NCBI GenBank assembly: GCA_012026655.1
Contig: JAAILG010000699.1
Span: 1-64,000 of the forward strand
Direction: 5' to 3'
From: Hydrolagus affinis
Taxonomy: Eukaryota
Length of the DNA stretch: 64,000 nt
Both the position numbers and the translations under genes were made by a program. Below are positions 36,193 to 49,358 of the stretch, piece by piece (the stretch's first letter is position 1; each line of letters starts with the position of its first letter). A model generated the notes under the pieces. The model did not search any database. It saw nothing but the letters and a program-made list of their open reading frames with translations, and had not been told where the DNA came from.

Positions 36193-39100
36193 TGATAGTA
36201 CTGTTGGTCAATTCTTCCTCTGCCACCCCCACCCTGCTGTTCAAATGTCCAGCCAGTAACATAAAACACTTTGAGATAACCTCTGTTCCCACAAGAAGGG
36301 TGCTGTGTAAATCAAAGTTACAATTGCCACCACCCACACACACAGGAACCGGTTTTCTTCAATATTAGTTGCATTAATAGTTACAATTAATCCATCGGGT
36401 GCACATTAAGGATCCGATTGCAAGACTTGAAGAAGAGAAGAGAGTTTCTCTCTGTGTCTTGGCCAATAAATTCCCCAAATAAAATTGATCGTTCACTTCA
36501 TGGCTGTGTGTATAGCATCGCTGTGCGAAATTCGAGTTTCACGTTTGCCTACAAAATACACTCACCAAGTGTTATACAGCGAACGCGGTAGAGTGATTTG
36601 TGACGTCCTCCTGACCTGATAGGGTGCCATAATAATTGCAAGGATTATTTATTATTTTATCGAGTGCAAATCCTAGTTTAGGCTCCCATCCTGTCACGGA
36701 GTGTAAAGCAATCTGGCCCTGCCGCGCTCATGCCATCCCAATAGACCTGTTTATTTTGAGAGCTCGAAAGGATTAAGGCAAGCCCTGCTCACAGACAGTA
36801 GTTCTGAATGTCATTTTACTGCTTAAATCTCAATTTTAAAGGAAAATACTCCGAGATGCCATCAGAAGGAAATGGATACGTACAAAACTGCAAAAGAGGT
36901 TTGAATGCCTTCAAAGCTAGTGTTATAAGAGGAAGCTTTAAAGAGATGTAGCATTGTCTAGCCCCTGCCCATTTTAAATCACCCATAGGTGTGCTACAAA
37001 ACATCCTGAGCCTGAGGGGGTTCATGTTCTCTTTGAAAAATTAGAGGTTCAAACTGTAGAGCTTTCAATAAATTACTTTAATATCCTCACTGAAGCGTAC
37101 AGGAAGCAAGTTGCATAAAGAGACTGTTTCACAAACACTTCCATATGCTATAGCAAGATGTCATTGTTTCAGATTGCCTTTGTGTCTTTGACTCCGTGTC
37201 TTATTAAGTCAACTTGTCTAAACTTAACAGCTGTTACAACAGTCGGGATCAAACAAGCGGGCAGTGTGTTTGTTCAGCTTGATGAGCTTAGACGGGTCCA
37301 AAAGAAAAATATGTAATTGCACAAGACTGCTTCACTCGAAAATTACAAAATTCAAGCAAAACCCCCAAAAAATCTAAAATGTATCTTTTGTTTTGTTCTT
37401 TCCTTTCCAAGTCCTTTCTTGCCCTTGTGTTTTATCAGAGACATCCCCTGCTCTCCTGTTTTCACCGCGGTAAGATTCCTTATGTGTAAATGATGTCCAT
37501 GCTATAGCTTTGCTGCTTTAACCCTTTGAAGGTAAACTGTTCCTTTGCTCTCCTCCCCGCCTGAGAAACTGGCGTTGTACATTTCACTAATTTCAATGTT
37601 TATTCATTTTTACGTGACCAATACTTAGTCATAGCTGAATACTGTTCCACAATTCAAATCACATCAGCATCATGATAGAAAGAGAAAAAAAATGATTGCA
37701 TTCAATATAGCTCCTTTCTCATCGGGAGGATGTCCCAAAAACGCTTTGCAGAATTTGCTGTCGAGTGTAGTGACTGTATTCTACAGATGAACGCCGAGCA
37801 AATCCGCACAAGGCAAGATTCCACAAACAACCGTGAAGTGAACAATCGGTTTTATCTGGGGGATTGTCGCCCAGGTCACTGAGAGATGTCCTCTTCCCAT
37901 TTTGAACAGTGAAATAAGGTCTCTTAACATTAATCTAAATACAGTAGTAAGGCAGACTCAATTTAAACTGTGTTAGGAATTGTGTACGTCTTTTTCGTGT
38001 CTGAAGCAGCAGAAACAGATTGAGAAAGCAATATTCTGATTTTAAGTTCAACTCATTGTTGAATCAGTGCTTTTCATCCACAAAATACAGTATAGTCAAA
38101 TCACTTCACAGCATATTGTGTGAAGCGTTTTGAGATGTCTTGAAGACATGATAAGTTGCTATATCAAATGCAAGGATTTTATTAATTCACTTCCAAGGAA
38201 ATCACTGTGCGCAAATTGGCTGCCACGCTCATTTACCAACGCACAGTCTATATTCTTTGCAGGAGATTCTATGAAATGCTTGAAAGTAATCTGAGGTGAT
38301 AAGGTGTAAATCAAACCAAGGATTATTATAAAAGCCTGGAAACTGATGAATTTAGAATTCTTTTTGCAATTCTGCATAATTTTAGACTGGAAGACAAAAT
38401 GACCTTGCCGGCTGAGACTGAGTGGAATCTGAGGCTTCAGATGTCCTCAGTTAAATTGTCGGTGTCAGTCAGACAGTCATTTAGTCAATTAGTCAATCAG
38501 CAGGTGTTAACAGCCAACTGAGACAAAAATCTACAACCTTGAACTTACAAAAGCACCACCACGCTTCCGTGCTAAAAAATCAGACAAAAGCAAAATCAAG
38601 CTTTCAAACCCATCAGATTACCTTTGTACTGAGTTGCTGCTTGCAATTTTTGATGTATATGTACAATTGCTGTTAGGAAAATGTGAGGTTCATACATTGG
38701 CTAACAGAGTGAGGGTGGGGGGGGGGAAATCAACCCCAAAATACTCCTATTGTTTCTGTGTAATCCTTCCACCGCTATTCATTAACCTAGGAGATCAAAT
38801 GGATGTAGGGGATTTCTTCATTGGTTCCTTTACAACCCTACACTTTCTACTTTTATCCCCTTGTTTGAGAAACACAGTGAAATCCCTTGCACAAGTGGAA
38901 AGGTAATAGCACTCAGCAAAGGCAGTCATTGGGTGAATAGCGATCTCCTTTGGCAGCATTTGAAGGACTTTTCCTGTAAGTACGCAAGAAGCAAATAAAG
39001 AAACAGCCAGATTATAGGGATGGGATTTGGCAAGTCCTTGGAATTTGAAAGAGAGCGTTGCTTTGACAAAAATATTTCAAGGCCACCTGTTGTGTACTTA

Positions 39101-39831
39101 AGCGAGGCTAGCATGTATGTGTCATATTAGTGCTGGATTCCCATCAGCAAACATCACCATCAACTGTATGTTGAAAGACTTGAGTGGGTTATATAATTTC
39201 ATAAAAGGTTACCAGCGCAGACGTAATGCTGCATTCTGGATTCGTTCAGACAAATTGTCCTTCAAAAAGTAGTTCTACAAGAGCGTGAAATGTCTTTTTA
39301 TGTAACATAGTGTAGGCTATTTTGTGTTAATATTTCACGAAAGGAAGAAAGTGCTGTATTAATGTGAAATGTTTTTGAGGAAATACGTAAAATAAACTAC
39401 TTAATGCCGTAACAGTATCTGAGTCTGAACTGTGGGTTCCTGTAGGGTAGTTTCCCCATCGATAGAACCTCTTACATTTTGGGTTTAAATATGAAAATCT
39501 TAAGGCAGTGAGTAGATGACCTGTGCTGATATTCTCAACTATTACAGATCGATTGCTTCCTCCCTATTGGAAGCCTTGTATTTGTTTTGAGAGTAAATGA
39601 AACTCTTGGCAGTATATTCATCAATTCCTGTTAAAATGCTACATCTGGGATGTGGTCCTTCAGGTGAGATGTTAAACCCAGGTCCCATCTCCCTGTCCAT
39701 TCGGGTGGATGGTAAAGATCCCATGGCACTATCGGAGAAGAGAAGGTGAGTTTGGAGTTGGAAATGTGGAGTTTAAGCAGCTGCTGCTTGCCTCTCTGCA
39801 GGCCAGTCATGGTGGATTCCAGGTGCTGAGT

Positions 39832-40175
39832 ATAATAATATAAATAATAATCCTTGCATTTGATATAGCGCTTTTCACATTTTATCGACGTCCCAAAGCG
39901 CTTCACAGAATACACTGTAAAGTGAATTGACTGTATATTTGTGGGCGAATCGCGGCAGCCAATTGCGCACAGCAGTGTCCCACAAACAGTCGTGGATTGA
40001 AATGACCAATTTTATTATTGTGTTTTTTTTGGAGGGATTATTATTCGGCGTGTGGAGTAAGCAAACTTGCCCAAGGTTTCGCCCTGACCTGCCTGGATTT
40101 GAACACAGGTCTCCCCAGCTTGGTCTCCCCAGCTTGCAAGACAAGTGCTCTAATTACTAAGCCACAGGAGCTCCA
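39832..40175 (-). mobile_element. Young full-length Deu-SINE with a 14-bp internal duplication
   Basis: The reverse complement contains (caagctggggagac)x2 in the tRNA head. Nearly identical to the copy at 63283-63618. Confidence 0.9.
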
Positions 40176-40249
40176 CATGTGATCACAAACTCAGACTCCA
40201 TGTAATGCCTTCCAGCAGCTGTCTGAGCTTCCTCATCAGCTATGAGGGC

Positions 40250-40800
40250 ATCTGCCTTCAATGTAGTGGGAGGACCTTTACAAGACAGCTGGTGATGTGT
40301 TAGCCACCTCGATGTTCTTTAGGTCCAAGTCCAATGCCGCCTCCCAGGCTTCCTCAACACCAACTGCTTAATCCAGATCCTCATATGAGAGGCCTTGGCA
40401 AATAGACTTGCGCACTGTGAAACTGCCCCCACCTCCAGGTAGGTCAGTGACAGGTCAGTGTAGATCGGAGCCCTCCCTCCCTGTAGCCGCTTCCCATGTT
40501 TACCACAACTTCACCTCTCTGCTGGATTAAGGAGTTTGCAGATAGGTTGGAGGAAGCCTCTCCTCTGCGTCTCCAGAACCAAAAAGAAGGACTGTTTTGC
40601 ACATAGGTCTTGTACGCCGTGTGTTTGACCTGCATTGCGGGCCTTGCTGTCCGTGAAGAGGGGTGGGCATTGACCAGAGTGTCCTCGGGATAACCGAATG
40701 TCGGAATTCGCTTCCCATAATTCGAAATGCCCGCCGAGTATGAAAGAGCCAAATAAACAGGAAGAATGTGTAATAGTCTCCATCTACAGGCGTCCAAAGG
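40250..40800 (-). mobile_element. Degenerate RTE-clade LINE ORF remnant
   Basis: With frameshifts the minus strand gives a YLGS-like motif and then VKHTAYKTYVQTVLLFGSET, resembling the RTE post-RT motif K..vY...V...LLYGSETW. Confidence 0.55.
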
Positions 40801-42584
40801 TAACGCACAAAGATGACACTCTCTGGCAGGTGAAACAATGCCCACCTTGAAAAACCTTAGTCATCTCTTCCTCAGACATAAGCAAACTATGGCTACACAC
40901 ATTGTTGAAGACTGCTCACTGCCAACCAGGTGGATGAAGTCTATCTCCCGTCACTTTCCCACAAACGCACACAACCACTCGGGAATGTCAGTGTCTATTT
41001 GCAGGTCGTTGCCTATGTGGACTGCTGTGACTGTATCTATTTGGCCCCTTACATTGCACCAGCGATCTCATTGGCCGTGTGAGGTCTTTGTGAAGTGCTG
41101 CCAACCTGGTCAATAACCAGCCAGATGCAAATGGACATTCACTTCATGGCTGTTTGTGGGACATTGTTGTGCGCAAATGGGTTGCTGTTTTCATCTGCAA
41201 ATACACAGTCATGACAATTTACAGTAAAATCCTTCGAAGCTCTGAGGCATTTTGATGACCTGATAAGGTGCTTTATCGAAAGCAATGATCCTTCGGTAAT
41301 AAAATGTTCATTCCATAGTGTGGAGGGTATGTGAACCTTAGGTCCCACAGTAGGCAGGTATTGTACAACCCCATCCATCCCTTTCATTTAAACTTGTTCA
41401 AGTGTTTTATTTTGTTTTTATTTAAGTGTTTGTCCAGTGTTTCATATAGATATCACACAGGTAATAACATTTCAAACTGTGCTCAAATATTTAATAGCAC
41501 CAACTTTAAAGCCACTGAAGGGAACGGTGCAACTGTTTGAACAGTTGAGAAGCTAGGTGTGCTTTACAGATGGATAGAGAAGAGCAAAGAAGAGTAGAGG
41601 GTGGGAATTCCAGTGGTTAGTAACGTAACAGCCGAAGGCTTGGGCGCTGATGGTAGTGCAAAGGGGACAAGCTGCATGCCTTAGTTATATAATCCTTGTA
41701 TTCGATATAGCGCCTTATCACGTCTTTGAGATATTTCAAAGGGCTTCACAGACTGTATCGTAAAGTGAATAGACTGTACATTTTGTGGGCGGAACACGGC
41801 AGCCAATTGCCAAGAGGAGTGTCCCACATTTAGTTAGCCGAGGAGAGAAGGGGCAACAGAGCAGTGAGGTAGGAGAAGCTCACGCTGATGTGAAGGTCTA
41901 AGTACCAATGTACACTGAGTTGTGACTTGGCAGAACAAGGGCAGAGTGTGGTGGTTAAGCCAGTGTAGTTACTCAGTGGAGAGAAATCACTTATAATGTC
42001 AAGGATGGAATGCAACCACATCAAAGTGTTGCAGTCTGATCCAGGCTTTGGTAAAGTATTACAGGTCAGTGACAGCTGACTCTTTGACTAATATTCTTTA
42101 TTTCCAAGTCTGTATACTTCAGTTTGTTGCAATTCAAGCCTGTGAATTATACTTAGTACTTCCTGGCGTAAGATAAAAGGAAAAGGGGATGTTAAATAAT
42201 GCATTTCACTCAGCCAAATGAAAGATAAATGGGCCGTAGCAGGAAAACAAATACAGTATAAATTTGCATCTAAAGGTTTGGTTTGGATGTGGAGATTTGA
42301 TGTTATGTGGCATTTGTCCATGTCATTTTGTAAGCTGTTGTGTAAAAGGTTAACATTATATAAAATAAAGCAAAAAGATGTGATCTGGGAATCCTACATT
42401 CGTGGCATATATTTGCTGAATAGGATAAAAAATAACTGGGCGACTGTAATATGATGTGGTCATCTGGGTCCAATACCTCAGAGGTCACTTTACACATGAA
42501 ATACGGAAAGATGGCCGACTTCTGGTTCTGCAAGTCACAGTTGAGGTCACTTCCTCTGTGCTATCTGCGCAGTGTAGAGTCCTG

Positions 42585-43187
42585 CAGTGGTGGGGGGAGG
42601 CGGGGGGTGGGGGAGTAGGAGGGTGACGGAAGGCATAGTTGAAGAGGAAATGGGTCTTGAAGGAGGCAATGGAGGGGATGAGGTGGAGTGAATCTGGGTG
42701 AGGAGGTTGGAGGCAGAGTGGTTGAAGGCCCAACAGCCAACGGTGGGGTGGGTGACGTAAAGCTGAGTGGGGGTTGGTAGGGATTCAGGAGGTCTCAGAG
42801 GTAGGGGGAAGTAAAGCCATGGAGGGCTTTGAAGCTGAGACCCAGGATCTTGAACTGTATCCACTGTGTGATAGGAAGCCAGTGGAGTCGGGCGAAAATA
42901 GGAGTGATAGGTTTGCGGAGCCTGGTGCAGGATAGGAAATGGTTGCAGAGTTCTGGATGATCTGCAGCCTTTGGAGGGAGGCCGATAAGTTAGGGAGGCC
43001 GACAAGCAGGGAGTTTGCATAGTCAAGCCTGGATGTTATGAATGCGTGTTTGGTGGCCGGCAGTGTGAGACGGTCGCAAAGCCGTGATGTTGCGGAAGTG
43101 GGAAAGGCAGAGAGGGTCGTAGCATGGATGCGGGGTAGAAAGGCCAGTTGAGGGTCAAACAAGACGCCAACAAGGTTCCAGACATAC
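42585..43187 (-). mobile_element. L2 LINE ORF2 remnant (longest L2 piece in the window)
   Basis: ORF 42785-43189 contains NLVGVLFD...HAFITSRLDYANSLLVGLP...LQRLQIIQNSA, hallmark L2 ORF2 motifs. Confidence 0.9.
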
Positions 43188-43794
43188 AAAAGTCACTGAT
43201 TAGAGAAAGTGCATTGAAGCATGAAGACTAAATACACATTGAAACTTGAAAACTAAGTTGATTATTTTGAAAACTTGTCTTTGAAAGGAAAAAAAAACAC
43301 CTTAATAATAGCGGGCTGATGAAATAGGAAGAAAAGAATGCTGATGAACTCTGCCTCTTTTCGTTCGGCAAGGATAAAGAACAGAAAACGTGTGTTTATA
43401 TCGTCGGTCTGCTGATATTCAGTGCCTATTCATTAGCTCAATGTCTCAAATCACCTGCCCTCTGAATGAGTGTAAATGGATGGATGAGTGCCTATTCTGT
43501 ATTGCGTGCAGTTGGGTTAAAAGAAGCATTGGGGTGTTTTTTTAAAGCAACTAAAGTGTAAATAAAACAACAATAACCATTAACAAAACAAACTTGCATT
43601 TGGTTTTCACAGAGAGAGATATCTCAAAGTGCTGTGCCTGGTTCATTGTGAAGTGCGGTAACTGTATTTTTGTGGACAAGCCATGAAATGTATGACCAAT
43701 TTTATCTGGGAAACCAGTGGCCAGGACCCTGGGAGAAACTCCCTTCTCTTTTCGAGTAGTGCAATGGGATCTTTAACAGGCAGTTAACACAGTA

Positions 43795-44016
43795 CAGTAA
43801 CAGCCCGTTTATCCGGCATCCGATCAACCGTAACTTCCGTATAATCGGCATCGCAAAAAAAAAGGTCTGTATTCGATTCATCAGAATTTATCCAGAAAAA
43901 TGCATTGAAAAATATATATATATTTTTGGGTGGGGTGTTTTCGGACGAATATCCGACAGACGCTTTAACTGGCATTGGCCAGGTCCCAAGGATGCCGGAT
44001 AAACAGGTTTTTACTG
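43795..44016. mobile_element. Tc1/mariner-pogo(Tigger)-type MITE, 222 bp, with 27-bp TIRs and TA duplication
   Basis: TA|CAGTAACAGCCCGTTTATCCGGCATCC ... GGATGCCGGATAAACAGGTTTTTACTG|TA. TIRs match at 24/27. It interrupts a minus-strand SINE relic. Confidence 0.9.
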
Positions 44017-44574
44017 TACGTTTGTTTAATATCTAATTCATCCGAAGGATGACACCCCTGACAGTGTCACGCTACTGCATTACTTCATTGGAGTATCAAT
44101 TTGAGTTCAGGATCTTGATTGAAATAAGTCTTGAACCCACAACCTTCTCACTCCAAGGCAAGAGTGCTACCAACTGGAAAACAACAACAACAATAACTGA
44201 CTGGGTGGCGTCTCAGACTGCTTTACAACGGTGGAGCCCAAGGCCGAGCCAGTGGGGAGGAGGATGGTGACCGTAGGAGCGGTCAAAGAGAAAGATCTTC
44301 AGGAAGAGACCGGACCCAGGTTGACAACAAGCCGGGGAGCGCAAAAATAGCACAGAAGAGAAATCTGTGGGACACAATCTTAGAATGATTCCATCGCAAA
44401 CCATATATTTATTTCCTTTGAATATCACGTCAAGAGGACTAATTTTTGATTTCAAGATATTTTGAAACTTTAAGTCTTAATACAGAGAAAAACTAACTGT
44501 TTAGCAGAATTGTATTGTAAGTCGCCCACTTACATTGAAGTGGTGACCGTAGAACTGCAGATCAGAGGGCAGTG

Positions 44575-44790
44575 AATTTATGGAATTCACTATCCCAGAA
44601 GGCTGTAGATGCTCAGTCCTTGAACATTTTCAAGGCTGAGACTGATAGATTTTTATAAAATAGATGGATTAGAGGATATGGGGATAGGGCAGGTAATTAG
44701 AGTTAGGTCAGAAGATCAGCCATGATCTTATCAAATGGCGGGGCAGGCTTGAGGGGCCGAATGGCCTGCTCCTAATTCTTATGTTCTTAT
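44575..44790 (+). mobile_element. CR1 LINE 3' end
   Basis: tggaattcactatcccagaaggctgtagatgct...gatcagccatgatcttatcaaatggcggggcaggcttgaggggccgaatggcctgctcctaattcttatgttcttat. Confidence 0.8.
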
Positions 44791-45573
44791 ACGCTTTTAA
44801 AGTATTACACTGGGTTGTTAGTATTTTAGACCAAGCGTGACTTGAATGTACCACTGGGTGTGAGTCATTTTCATTCACAGAGTGAAAGTGGCAACTTCTT
44901 GTCCAAGTCGGAAAAATGGTTAATGCGATGATCCTCTGAGTATTGTTGTAGATGTTAGTGCGGATCAGGTGAGGATCAACGTGTCTTGCTGCTGCGTTGT
45001 GCAGAACGAGTCTTGTTCTACTAATTGCGCCACTAAATCCTACCACTTAACTGCCAGCTCTTAGGTTAAGAGTAGTCCAAGTACTCTACTTACAGAATGG
45101 ATTTTGTGTGAGCATTTCCCGGATGTGAATCAAGGTTTTTGGATAAATTGTTTGTCCAAATGCTGTTTAAATTCCAGGGTAAGTTAAAGACAAATTCCCA
45201 CTGAGTATCAGTAAAGAGTCAAGCCCTTTGGATGGATGGTTGTCTGATTCAGTTAGTAGCTCTCTTTCCTTTGAATCTGAAGTCAATGCTGCCATTCCAA
45301 TGCAGTGCTGGAGTGCGTTGCATTATCCGAGGTGGCATCTTTCGAATGAGATAGTAAACTGGGAACAAAACTACCAGTTTTGATAGATATTAAAGATCCT
45401 ATGGGCCTATTCAAAAGATTTATTCTGACAATACTCCAGATGAAATTGGTCACTCACTTTGTGACTGTTTGTGGGACATTGCTGTGATCAAAATATCTGC
45501 CGTGTCTGCCTACATAATATGTTTTCAGCGAATTACTGTGAAATTTCTGGGAACTGTAAATTCCTGTGAATTG

Positions 45574-45882
45574 TGGAGTCCTGTAGTTCAGTGAGTAGAG
45601 CACTCACCTTACAAGCGAGAGACCTGGGTTAAATTCCAGGCACGGTGAAACTTTGGACAAATTTCCTTACGCCACACACCTAATAATAATCCTTCAAATA
45701 AAAAAAAGGTCATTTCAGCCCACGACTGTACTGTATGTGGTATATTGTTGCGTGCAATTGGCTGTCGCATTTTGCCCACATATATACAGTCAATTCACTT
45801 TATAGTATATTCTGTGACGCGCTTAGACATGTCTAGAAGAAGTGAAAAGCACTATATCAAATGCAAGGATTATTATTATTAT
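45574..45882 (+). mobile_element. Short-subfamily Deu-SINE nested in the tail of an older SINE (about 45240-45950)
   Basis: A complete head-to-tail copy, preceded by an older head plus Deu core and followed by a second gcactatatcaaatgc tail. Confidence 0.75.
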
Positions 45883-48800
45883 TAACTGCTCTCAGATGTC
45901 TTCTGAAAGGCACTATATCAAATGCAAAAGGATTATTACTGTTATTATTATTGGAATTTTATAAATTCAGCAGTTATGAACACTAGATACATTACTCCAT
46001 CATTTAATGGTTGGCACAATATTAGTGCTGGATTCAAATTTAATTAATGGTGATGGAGTTCAAGGTATAAAATTGAAAAATGGGCAAAACACTACAGTAT
46101 GGGATTTATTTTGAGTACACAATGTAGGGACTGTTTGAATGTCTCAAGAATGAACAACTAAGAATAACAGGCTGCAGCATTTGCCAACAAAACATTGCAC
46201 TTGATATGAAATCCTGCAAAGTGCTTTGGGAGTATTCTCCATATGCGAAAGGTACTACCTAAGGAACATTATTATTAATTGGGGAAATTATCCCTTTGTA
46301 CGATTAAAATGTACAAGCTTTTAACACCACTTTTGATATCTGAGGAATAAAACCTGTTGCTTTGACAGTGACATGGATGGATATATAATCTTTTGGCTGC
46401 TGTTGCGATTATTAGTGTGCCTAGCACAACTGCGAAACATATTGTTCCATAATGTGTTGGGGGAACCCAGAGGGTTGAAGACCTGAAGTAACACAAAAAA
46501 GGGACCCATCAAGTAAATTCTAGAATTTAGTATCAGAGCATTGGCCTGTCTCGTGAGAATAAGTTAAAAGAGAGGGGTGGAGAGGGAGGGGGGATCTTGA
46601 AATCTTTCTGAGTAAAGTCAGAACTGTGAAAACTGCCTGGTGTCTCAGTGGTGTTGCCCTTGGCAGCAAGAATCTGTTTGATTTGTCCTGTCAGAAGGCA
46701 GGGTACTGATTGCAAACTAAGGCGTGGGAAATACCAATATATCTGACACTGGCCTTTTTTCTTAGAGAAAAAGGGTTGCACTGAAATAACAATTGGCATA
46801 TTGTCTGCTGTAGGTATAAGGCCAATTGTCTTGGAGCTGAAGGATGAGCTAATCCTCTCTTGTTTGTTGGAGTGAACCAGTTAGCTTTGTACAGTGAGTT
46901 GTTGGCTGAATCGGCTTTAGAGAGGCAAGTTTCATCCCCTATTGACTAGTTATTCATTGGTTCACAGCTTTTTTTTCACAAAACTTTTAAGAATAGAGAG
47001 ACTGAAAATGTTGACTGTTCCTTTGTGTCAGTCTATCGTGTGTCTGATGGATGATGGAAATCAGTATTTCACTGTCTACTGTTCAATTTTGCATGTTATC
47101 CACCCATACTGTATATTTTAATACCATTGTTCAAATGTATTCATGTTGGAGGGTTCCTGTTATAAATGCCAATTGTTATTGTGGACAACATTATCCTGTG
47201 CTGTGTCTAAGTCTGGGCCAAAGCTATGAGATTTGTGAAATGGTCCCATGGGTTAGATTCACCACAATCATTTCACACCTGTGGATTTGAGTACTGAAAA
47301 TATGTCCTGTGAATGGGGCTCTTGAGAAAGCATTTGTGAAAACACAGGAAGTCAGTTGAGGACTTTAAGTGATTTTGTTGTTTGGCAATCTCAGCATTAA
47401 TTTTTTTTATATTAATGGTGACAGTTCATATAGGAACAATATGTAACCTTTGAAATGGCTTCAGTACAGGTTTAACAGGTGGGACATTAATTTGCTTGAG
47501 CATTGTTTTGAATTTTACTTGCTTGACCTCAGCAATTTGAAGGATTGTCATCTTCAATTCCACGTCTCAACCTACAAGGCATGAAAGTATCAGTTGGGGT
47601 TGGCAGTGGAGGTCAACAATAGACAATGTAGCAAGTCAAGGAATATTTTGCGTTCTTGAGCTTGCAAAAGCTGCCAAATTTGTATTTGGTTCATTAGAAA
47701 ATTGATTAGGCAGTCCATCATGTACTTAAACATTTCATGATCTGCTTTAATCATAGGAAATTCAGTGGCTGGATTCAAAGGCTGTAGGTGCAACCCCCTT
47801 ATGGAGATTTTGAATTCATATAGAGTAAGATGAAACTCCACTTGCAGTGCTAGGTAGAGGCTCTGTAAGGCTAGAGATGCTGACCTTCGGATGAAATGTT
47901 AAACTGAGGTCTTGTCTGCCTGTTGAGATAGACTTATTAAAGATTCCATGGCACAGTTCACAAAGAGAATGGTCAACAATGCCCCAAACGACATTGAGCA
48001 TTCACTTCATAATTGTTTGTGGGACATTACTAAGATGTGAAAAGCGCTATATCAAATGCAAGGATTATTAGTGTTAGTATTATATTATTACTATACCTAA
48101 ATTGACTGTCGCATTTGCGCACAGAAGCACAAAATTCAGTCACTTCACTGCACAATATATTCCCGTTCAGTCTCAACAATTTGATAAGGCACTTTATGGG
48201 AAAAAAAAGTACTGTACAAGGGTTGTAAACATATGACCGTGTAATCTTCTCCCTTATAGAATTCAAAAAAAATCCTGGTGTAACGAGTATAAAATTTACC
48301 CCCTTCTTTACTAATCCATTTACCTGTTTGTGTTCAGAGAGCTAAGTACAAGGTGAGATCGCAAGGCTCCTGGCAATTTGTAAGGTTAACTGCTTAGAGG
48401 TAATACTGATACCAAAGATGGTGAAATGCGGTTCCTAATCCCTGCCCCGATCTGCGCTTGCTAGAAAGTGGACTGAAGTGAATCTGTCAGCTTTAAAGAT
48501 AAGCAATAATTAAACGGAAATAAGATACCTGCGTTCGTTGAGTGTGTCTTAGCGTGGATTAAGCTTACTGAGAGGCCATGGTTGTAACTGATAACTCCGC
48601 GGGCCACATCCAGGTGCAGAGGGAGACATGGTCAGCAGTTATCAAGGTTTGCTTCTGCCATATTTCCTGCAACCTACAGCCTGTCATTGACTATCATTGA
48701 TTTAGATAACGCTGCAATGCTATGGAGAGGGGAGCACTGCATTGTCAAGGTGTTGTCCTTGAAATTGCTTAAAGCACCTCAAACCTGGTATTCAGCCAGT

Positions 48801-48982
48801 ATGCTCTGAAAATCTGGAACACTCTTCCCCTATCCGTGTGCCTTGCCCCACTACTTCCCCATTTTCAGGTCGCACATCAAGACCTTGCCTACCTGGAGTC
48901 ACCTTCCCCCTCTCCCTCCCACTGTCAAGCGCTCTGGGACGCTACCCTGCCTGATGGCTGCTATATAAGTGCAAGTTGTTAA

Positions 48983-49358
48983 TTGTAATAATAATAATAA
49001 TCATCATCATCCTTGCATTTGATATAGCACTTTTCACGTTTTCTAGATGTCTCAGAATATAGTGTAAGGTGAATGGACTGTAAATTTATGGGCAAAACAC
49101 AGCAGCCAATTGTGCACAGCTGTGTCCTACAAACAGTCATGGACTGAGTGGCCAATTGATTTTTTTTACACAAGGAATTATTATCCCTGGGTAAGTGATC
49201 CGGCAATCGACTCACAACCAGGTTCCCACCTACTGCTAGGTAAACAGAGGTGTGTTAGAGTGAGGAAACTTGCCCAATATTTCACCCCGCCAGGAATCAA
49301 ATCCAGGTCTCTCGCTTGTGAGGCAGGCGAGAGCTCTAAACCGAGCTACAAGACTCCA
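48983..49358 (-). mobile_element. Full-length Deu-SINE (long subfamily)
   Basis: Reverse complement of the consensus, ending gagctacaagactccac. Abuts an L2 family-B tail at about 48790-48980. Confidence 0.85.

Noticed and set aside
39875-40160. Near-identical peptide ORFs here and at 63298-63565, suggesting a duplicated small gene
   Set aside because: They are translations of two copies of the same SINE.
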